A stretch of 28,765 nucleotides of DNA from a virus (taxonomy: Duplodnaviria > Caudoviricetes). The number at the start of each line of letters is the position of its first letter. The first letter of the stretch is position 1. The stretch is taken from positions 1 through 28,765 of IMG/VR virus record IMGVR_UViG_3300048886_000466, one strand, 5' to 3'. Both the position numbers and the translations under genes were made by a program. The notes under the pieces were generated by a model. The model saw only the letters and a program-made list of their open reading frames with translations. It ran no database searches and was not told where the DNA came from. This document shows positions 1-4,948 of the stretch, piece after piece.

Positions 1-324
1 TGGGTAACCAGCAGCGGGGCAAGGACTTCACAGGCAGAGCTGGTCCTGGGGCTCGTAATAGAGCGTCAGGGTCTGACCAGCGGACAGTATGCAGACCTGT
101 CATGGCTCTCGCAGCACCAGGTAACCCGGCGAATTGCAGACCTGCATAACGCTGGCAAGGTATACCCGGACGGTGTCGCTAAGTATGAGGGTCACAGCCA
201 GCAGCGATGGTGGCTTGGAACAGACCCGAAAGGCGTGACGTTCAGACCGCACTGTAAGAGCTGCACCTGTGAACCCACGACAATGATCGAGGCAAGCCCC
301 GGCCAGATGAAAATGACATTCTAA
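1..324 (+). CDS. Winged helix-turn-helix DNA-binding protein, 5'-truncated by the window edge (not in ORF track)
   Basis: Frame +1 is open from base 1 to TAA at 322-324: WVTSSGARTSQAELVLGLVIERQGLTSGQYADLSWLSQHQVTRRIADLHNAGKVYPDGVAKYEGHSQQRWW...CKSCTC...MTF*. The GLT..Y/LA.....QVTRRIADL...GKV pattern is a typical wHTH helix-recognition helix-wing. Confidence 0.7.
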   Translation, partial: WVTSSGARTSQAELVLGLVIERQGLTSGQYADLSWLSQHQVTRRIADLHNAGKVYPDGVAKYEGHSQQRWWLGTDPKGVTFRPHCKSCTCEPTTMIEASPGQMKMTF

Positions 325-354
325 ATCGTACATTGGGAAACAGTCTCCACAGTT

Positions 355-390
355 TAGAATGTATTCCAAAGAGGGAAAGAGTTTGGAATG
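355..390 (+). promoter_or_regulatory. Candidate -10 box (TAGAAT, 355-360) followed by a hairpin covering the rusA ribosome-binding region
   Basis: TATTCCAAA (362-370) can pair with TTTGGAATG (382-390). The loop GAGGGAAAGAG holds the SD-like sequence and the 3' arm contains the ATG. Confidence 0.35.
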
Positions 391-798
391 CCTAAAATAA
401 AGATCGTGGTTCCTGGGCTTGCTGCACCTAAGTCACTACGTGTGACAAGGTACGGAGCCTACAATAACAAGCGTGTTCGTTCGTGGATGGACATTGTCAG
501 GGACACAGCGTCCACGGAGAGACCGCCGAAGGCTCCCAAAGGTGTCCCACTATCACTTATGCTCGACGTGTGGCTCCCATGGCCTAAGAAAACTGCGAAG
601 AAGGTGATTTCAGCAGACCCTTACGCCCTGCACACGAAAAAGCCTGATGCAGACAACCTGCTCAAGCCTGTCGTGGACGGGCTGACGGAAGCAGGGCTCT
701 GGGAAGATGACAACCAGATCGCCCAGATGTTTGTTGAAAAAAAATACTGCCCCCGTGGAGAAGAGCGGATCGAAGTCGTCGTTAACTGGCTGAATTAA
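388..798 (+). CDS. rusA: RusA-family Holliday junction resolvase
   Basis: Hallmark motifs KKPDADNLLKPVVDGL and GLWEDDNQI; 136 aa; N-terminal 'VPG..APK..R' element. Confidence 0.92.
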   Translation: MPKIKIVVPGLAAPKSLRVTRYGAYNNKRVRSWMDIVRDTASTERPPKAPKGVPLSLMLDVWLPWPKKTAKKVISADPYALHTKKPDADNLLKPVVDGLTEAGLWEDDNQIAQMFVEKKYCPRGEERIEVVVNWLN

Positions 799-803
799 TA
801 TCC

Positions 804-920
804 ATGTCTCATCGTAAACGGGTAACACGACACAAATGCGTATACCTGAAATACATGCTGCACCAAACTATCAAGTCACTGTCCGCACTGTTTCGCGAGT
901 TTCCTCGCAAATGGGAGTAG
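804..920 (+). CDS. Possible 38-aa small basic protein (MSHRKRVTRHKCVYLKYMLHQTIKSLSALFREFPRKWE)
   Basis: Fills the gap between the rusA stop (798) and the dedA start (925) almost exactly. No clear SD and no recognisable motif. Confidence 0.3.
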   Translation: MSHRKRVTRHKCVYLKYMLHQTIKSLSALFREFPRKWE

Positions 921-924
921 TAGA

Positions 925-1470
925 TTGGACTGGTTAGTTCAGCACCAGAAATTCTTAACACGCGTTACTCCACTACTTATCAGCATAGCTTTCATTGCAA
1001 CAGGGCTTGTGCTATGGGCTACCGGAACATTCAACATCGAGACGGTTGGTTACGCCAGCATCTGGCTCCTCTCATTCATCGCTGCTGCCCTGATTTTCCT
1101 GCCCGTCAGTGCATTAGCAGCCGTCTGTGTGGCAGTTGCAGTTGACCTGAACCCCTTTGTGGTTGCTGTCGTTGCTGCGTCTGCCGAATCCATAGGTGAA
1201 CTGACAGGCTATCTTGCTGGCATGGGTGGTAAGTCCTTCTTTGAACATAAGCGTTTCTACCTACGGTTCAAGAACCTGTTCGAGAAATACTCATTCCTCT
1301 GCTTGCTCATTGGCAGTGCCATCCCGAACCCACTCTTCGATGTCCTTGGCGTGGCGGCTGGCAGCATACTCTACCCTGTCCGTAAATTTTTATTGCTGGT
1401 CTTCATCGGCAAAACCTTAAAATTTACATGGGTAGGATTAAGTTGCTACTACGGGGCAACATGGTTCTAG
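925..1470 (+). CDS. DedA/VTT (SNARE-associated Golgi protein-like) family membrane protein
   Basis: Multi-TM, 181 aa. Motifs 'IFLPV', 'NPFVVAVVAASAESIGELTGYLAG', 'IPNPLFDVLGVAAG...YPVRKFLLLVFIGKTLK'. TTG start with GGGAG 7 nt upstream. Confidence 0.88.
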   Translation: MDWLVQHQKFLTRVTPLLISIAFIATGLVLWATGTFNIETVGYASIWLLSFIAAALIFLPVSALAAVCVAVAVDLNPFVVAVVAASAESIGELTGYLAGMGGKSFFEHKRFYLRFKNLFEKYSFLCLLIGSAIPNPLFDVLGVAAGSILYPVRKFLLLVFIGKTLKFTWVGLSCYYGATWF

Positions 1471-1556
1471 GCACGTTCCATCTGGCTTACATATAGTTTT
1501 CTTGCTGCGTAAGCTGCGGCAATGGCGACCAATGTAAAAGCAAATAACCGTTTCAT
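1467..1556 (-). CDS. 29-aa single-pass membrane peptide MKRLFAFTLVAIAAAYAARKLYVSQMERA (not in ORF track)
   Basis: ATGA overlap with the tatC stop; GAGGA SD just upstream. It exactly fills the tatC-dedA gap, and its TAG overlaps the dedA TAG in a CTAG palindrome. Basic-hydrophobic-basic layout. Confidence 0.7.
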   Translation of the reverse strand: MKRLFAFTLVAIAAAYAARKLYVSQMERA

Positions 1557-2431
1557 TCTTTCCTCATAACTTTTCTGTATGCCCAGCGAGCCTTCACTAC
1601 AGGGTAGCCTATAACAAACCGTATCTTTCGCAAGAGCCACCCTATTCCAGCCCTGATCTTCTTGACGAACAGATAGTCTCCCTGCTCAGGCCATGCCACC
1701 CAGCTTAAGAATAAACCCACCTCGTAAAGCACGATGATCGGGACAGCAAGTAATGTCTGGTTGAATACATCAAACGTGGGGGTGATGATGGCACTAAGCA
1801 CAAATGCTGCCACCGGAACATACTTCCGTAATCCACGTAAGCGCAGGTAGGAAACGATCTGCATCTTGGCGAGCAGGTACATGGTGATAGGTAGTTCAAA
1901 GACTACGCCCAGCCAGAACACCATCGCTGTTAATAACGAAATGTATTCATCAAGGACTATGACAGGGACGGCAACGCCTGTACCGAAGTTAAGAAGGAAG
2001 GCTAGACCAGTAGGAAGCAGGACGAAGTATGCGAACGCAGCACCGAATAAAAAACAGACGACGGTAGCTGGTAGGAATACAACCAGAAACCGCCGTTGCT
2101 GAGGAGGAACCAGCGAACTAAATAAAGTGTAGACACTGATTACTAAAACAGGGAGAGATGCAATGACTCCCCCTCTAATAGCAAGCTGTATGGTTGCCCC
2201 CATCATCGACGTAGGCGAAGTGAATATAGGAAGGTTGCCCTCGAAGGGAGAAAGATTCCCCCCTGCAGGAGCAAGCAGTAAACCAAAGACTGCTTCCCTG
2301 TAATACCACGTACCGCCAGCACCAGCCCCGAATGTAAAAAGAATCCAGAACAGTCGTATTCTTATGCGTCGCCCTAATATGCGCGAAGCAGTACGACCGA
2401 CTTCACCTATGCCCCTGTACGGGGCAAGCAT
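1553..2431 (-). CDS. tatC: TatC-family (twin-arginine translocase) membrane protein, divergent in the signal-binding half
   Basis: About six TM segments. Motifs R.RL, LLAP, 'GAAFAYFVLLP', 'GVVFELP', 'RKYVPVAAFVLSAIITPTFDVFNQTLLAVPIIVLYEVG' (cf. E. coli TPPDVFSQTLLAIP..LFEIG). AAGGA SD; TAATG coupling to the upstream ORF. Confidence 0.92.
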   Translation of the reverse strand: MLAPYRGIGEVGRTASRILGRRIRIRLFWILFTFGAGAGGTWYYREAVFGLLLAPAGGNLSPFEGNLPIFTSPTSMMGATIQLAIRGGVIASLPVLVISVYTLFSSLVPPQQRRFLVVFLPATVVCFLFGAAFAYFVLLPTGLAFLLNFGTGVAVPVIVLDEYISLLTAMVFWLGVVFELPITMYLLAKMQIVSYLRLRGLRKYVPVAAFVLSAIITPTFDVFNQTLLAVPIIVLYEVGLFLSWVAWPEQGDYLFVKKIRAGIGWLLRKIRFVIGYPVVKARWAYRKVMRKE

Positions 2432-2556
2432 TAAGTGTCCTTCTTAGGCTTTGCTTTAGAGTTGCCTCTTCGTAACCAAGTTGCCATCCAGCCACCGCCA
2501 CCCAAAAGGACGACAGTAGAGGCAGCGACGATGCCTACTAAAACCCATTCATTCAT
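2431..2556 (-). CDS. 41-aa single-pass membrane protein MNEWVLVGIVAASTVVLLGGGGWMATWLRRGNSKAKPKKDT, TatA/TatB-like architecture (not in ORF track)
   Basis: AAGGA SD upstream; its TAA overlaps the tatC ATG (TAATG). Glu, short TM, Gly hinge, then a basic amphipathic tail. The ORF is well supported; the TatA/B assignment is inference. Confidence 0.7.
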   Translation of the reverse strand: MNEWVLVGIVAASTVVLLGGGGWMATWLRRGNSKAKPKKDT

Positions 2557-2571
2557 AGGAGTATTCCTTGT

Positions 2572-2829
2572 TTATTGTTGCTCTTCTTCAGTGAGAGCAT
2601 CTATCTTGTTTTTTGCAACTAAGTTACTCAGTCGCAATCGTCTAACTTGCTTTGTAAAATCACGCATCCCAGCTTTTGCTGTAACTGCTGCCCAAGTATT
2701 TACAAACACAATCCCCCGTGCAGCACTGGTGGCTGAATCAACTGCACCTCCAACCAAGAAGTCAAAGGCGCGAACAACTATAAACGAGGCCGCAATCGAC
2801 CCTAGTGTATAGCCCAGCAACCAGCCCAT
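2572..2829 (-). CDS. 85-aa membrane protein; N-terminal TM plus basic amphipathic helix and acidic tail (TatA-like candidate)
   Basis: TAATG coupling at 2829. Hydrophobic N-terminus; segment AKAGMRDFTKQV resembles the TatA amphipathic-helix pattern G-I-R-E-F-K-K; ends TEEEQQ. Confidence 0.7.
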   Translation of the reverse strand: MGWLLGYTLGSIAASFIVVRAFDFLVGGAVDSATSAARGIVFVNTWAAVTAKAGMRDFTKQVRRLRLSNLVAKNKIDALTEEEQQ

Positions 2830-3170
2830 TACTTATCCTTCTTCTTCTTACCTTCAAGAGACTCTAACAATCCATCGACCATCGAAAGTCCTTGAGATAT
2901 GTACGATGTTACCATGTTCTGAATTGGTCGTAACCCTGCGGCTTTTGCTCGATCTTTAAGTTCGGCAAGAGACTCGACAAGTTCACTGGGGCTTATCCCA
3001 TCCCGTCCCTCGACAGTCAGCAGAGGCTTCTCTTCAACGATCACCTCTTCTACTACCGGAGCCTCTTCTACTACGGCTTCTTTTACAGCAGTAGGACTCT
3101 CAACGGTAGGGTGTACCCTACCTTCAGGGGTATCTGTTGGGGGCTTTGGTTTGAAGTCATTGATTTCCAT
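2829..3170 (-). CDS. Hypothetical protein; acidic Pro/Glu/Val-rich N-terminal half, amphipathic C-terminal helix
   Basis: 113 aa; TAATG coupled at both ends; VVEE repeats; C-terminal KKKKDK. Confidence 0.75.
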   Translation of the reverse strand: MEINDFKPKPPTDTPEGRVHPTVESPTAVKEAVVEEAPVVEEVIVEEKPLLTVEGRDGISPSELVESLAELKDRAKAAGLRPIQNMVTSYISQGLSMVDGLLESLEGKKKKDK

Positions 3171-3250
3171 TACTTCCCCTTACCCTTCTTCGTACCCTTC
3201 TTTGGCGGACGGCCTTTCTTACTTCCGTAAGTACCTTTACCTTTTGGCAT
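3170..3250 (-). CDS. 26-aa Lys/Gly-rich basic peptide MPKGKGTYGSKKGRPPKKGTKKGKGK (not in ORF track)
   Basis: AGGAGG SD shortly upstream of the ATG; TAATG overlap with the next gene. Contains an AT-hook-like KGRPPKK. I recall similar 'MPxGKGTYG..xGRP' peptides from marine phages (not verified). Confidence 0.8.
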   Translation of the reverse strand: MPKGKGTYGSKKGRPPKKGTKKGKGK

Positions 3251-3259
3251 AATATCCTC

Positions 3260-3559
3260 CTAGATGGTTATTGCCAGATAGTTAATCACATCCCCGTTAG
3301 TTCCAGCGTCTGCATAGAAATCGGAGAGGTCACCGGGAGCCTCTTCAGCATCATGTCTGAAAGTAAAATCTCTGGTAGTTCCCTTTGTTATGGAAGGAGT
3401 GTTGTTGCTGGCTACAGTGGAGTCACCAACGTAGAGACTGCCCGTGTTGGCAGACGGTACGTCCAGCAGCAGGTACTTGATAGGGGTTGGAACCGTGGTG
3501 AACCGGACTGCAGTTCCTGCAGATGCTACGGTCACCCTACCATGGATAATCCCTGCCAT
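3260..3559 (-). CDS. Small beta-rich virion-associated protein
   Basis: 99 aa; 'G..TV..AGTAV', 'NTGSLYVGDSTV', 'DFYADA.TNGD.I.Y' pattern typical of small phage beta-sandwich structural proteins; TAATG coupling. Confidence 0.7.
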   Translation of the reverse strand: MAGIIHGRVTVASAGTAVRFTTVPTPIKYLLLDVPSANTGSLYVGDSTVASNNTPSITKGTTRDFTFRHDAEEAPGDLSDFYADAGTNGDVINYLAITI

Positions 3560-3723
3560 TACTTCTTAGCCTTCTTCGTTGCTTCCTGCTCAATGTTCTG
3601 AGTCATCTCAGCCCTCATCCTAGAAGCAGCAGCTATAAGTAACTCCTTATTGAAAATAGGGTCTACAGTCCGAACTACGTCTACGTCCTGCATTGTTATC
3701 GTTATGTTGTTCTCTGTGGTCAT
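3559..3723 (-). CDS. Small hypothetical protein (54 aa; start re-assigned from 3753 to 3723)
   Basis: The ATG at 3723 overlaps the upstream TGA (ATGA); the stop overlaps the next ATG (TAATG). Confidence 0.65.
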   Translation of the reverse strand: MTTENNITITMQDVDVVRTVDPIFNKELLIAAASRMRAEMTQNIEQEATKKAKK

Positions 3724-4106
3724 GGTAAATCTAATACCGTCCTGTTCGTCCATGATGTTGTATCTTCATCCCAAGTATAAGCCACATAAAAAGTTGGCGG
3801 GTCTGCATCCTCAAGTCCAGCGTCGCTAGGCACAGGTATCGGGGCTTCCCATCTCCATGTAGAAGTATTCAAAACCCATGAAGGGTATTCCCCGGACGGA
3901 TAATAAAAAGCATCGTTGGTCGAATCGTACTTCATGGTTTTAACAGCGTGGTCAAATTTTCCAGTGGACTGAACCCAGTTGGTGTCCTCTCCAACTAGTT
4001 TCTTGCAAAAGGCTATGCCTGTTGCTTCATCAGGGGCATCGCTGTCATCAACTACTATTACGTTAATAACAATGTTGTTGTCGTCAAGACGTGCAAAATC
4101 TACCAT
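3720..4106 (-). CDS. Phage tail-fibre-associated protein ('M..FA.LD.NN.V..VIVV' type)
   Basis: 128 aa; motifs FARLDDNNIVINVIVV, YD...DAFY.P, YPSWVLN..TW.WEAPIP.P, Y.WDE....W. Directly follows a Gly-rich gene, the pairing I recall from aquatic phages. Confidence 0.75.
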   Translation of the reverse strand: MVDFARLDDNNIVINVIVVDDSDAPDEATGIAFCKKLVGEDTNWVQSTGKFDHAVKTMKYDSTNDAFYYPSGEYPSWVLNTSTWRWEAPIPVPSDAGLEDADPPTFYVAYTWDEDTTSWTNRTVLDLP

Positions 4107-4948
4107 TATTGATACTGATACTTTATTATCACTAAACCAGAGCCACCAGAGCCACCACCGCCACCAAATTGCGATCCACCTCCGCCTCCTCCGCCTAAGC
4201 CATTAGTTCCAGAGGAACCGTCACTACCACTGCTGGTTCCGTGGGGAGTAGTCCCGCCAGTACCACCACCTCCAGCACCACCCGATCTCCCGCCGATGCC
4301 CAACCAAGCCTGATAACCACCAGCACCGCCCCCACCGCCATAAGTTACTGAACTGCCTGAAAGACTATTAGCAGCACCATCCGCACCGTTGCTATGAGCA
4401 TCAGCAGCATCAGTACCGGAACCACCGCCTCCAGCACCTAGCGTGTAAACAGCAGGTTGTCCATCGCCGCCATCTCCACCAGTACCATCTCCTGAACCCC
4501 CGGTATTAGTCCCAGAACCTCCATTACCGCCTCCACCACTTCCATTGGTGGCATTACCATTTTCACCACCACCGCCACCAGCACCCCCAGCACCAGAAGT
4601 AAGCCCAAGGGCTTCTGTGTCGCCATTACTTCCACCAACAGTGATTGTGTGATCTCCGAAGGTAGCTACTGCAAGACCTGAAGCGGTGAGTAATCCTCCG
4701 CCACCACCGCCACCGCCACAGCCGGGATAACCACGAGAGCCACCACTGCCGCCACCACCGATCATCAGGTATTCCACAGTGTTATTAACCCCCGGATTGG
4801 TAACAGTAAACGTCCCTGAACTTGTAAAGGTATGAATTTTGTAGTCACCAGAGGTTGAGACAGAACCGCCAGTAGCAACCTTGTAAGCCGTTAGTGATAC
4901 GCCACCACCTGAGCCAAATCCTAGTACCTGATATCCAAATCTACTCAT
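4106..4948 (-). CDS. Glycine-rich-domain tail/fibre protein
   Basis: 280 aa; ATGG...GDYKIHTFTSSGTF, VEYLMIGGGGSGG, GGGGGGG, YGGGGGAG, GGSGLVIIKY; N-terminal FGYQVLGFG. Confidence 0.85.
   Translation of the reverse strand: MSRFGYQVLGFGSGGGVSLTAYKVATGGSVSTSGDYKIHTFTSSGTFTVTNPGVNNTVEYLMIGGGGSGGSRGYPGCGGGGGGGGLLTASGLAVATFGDHTITVGGSNGDTEALGLTSGAGGAGGGGGENGNATNGSGGGGNGGSGTNTGGSGDGTGGDGGDGQPAVYTLGAGGGGSGTDAADAHSNGADGAANSLSGSSVTYGGGGGAGGYQAWLGIGGRSGGAGGGGTGGTTPHGTSSGSDGSSGTNGLGGGGGGGSQFGGGGGSGGSGLVIIKYQYQ

Noticed and set aside
100-369. 89-aa minus-strand ORF from the track
   Set aside because: It lies antisense to a convincing plus-strand wHTH reading frame (1-324).
1502-1522. Hairpin TTGCTGCG-TAAGC-TGCGGCAA as a bidirectional terminator between dedA and tatC
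   Set aside because: The stem is imperfect with no adjacent U-tract on the strand where it pairs, and it is explained by Ala codons of the 29-aa ORF.
925-2431. Interpretation of dedA and tatC as host chromosome flanking a prophage boundary
   Set aside because: tatC is translationally coupled into the virion gene run, phage-type rusA and wHTH genes lie beyond dedA, and no att site, tRNA or integrase is visible. It cannot be fully excluded without the wider contig.
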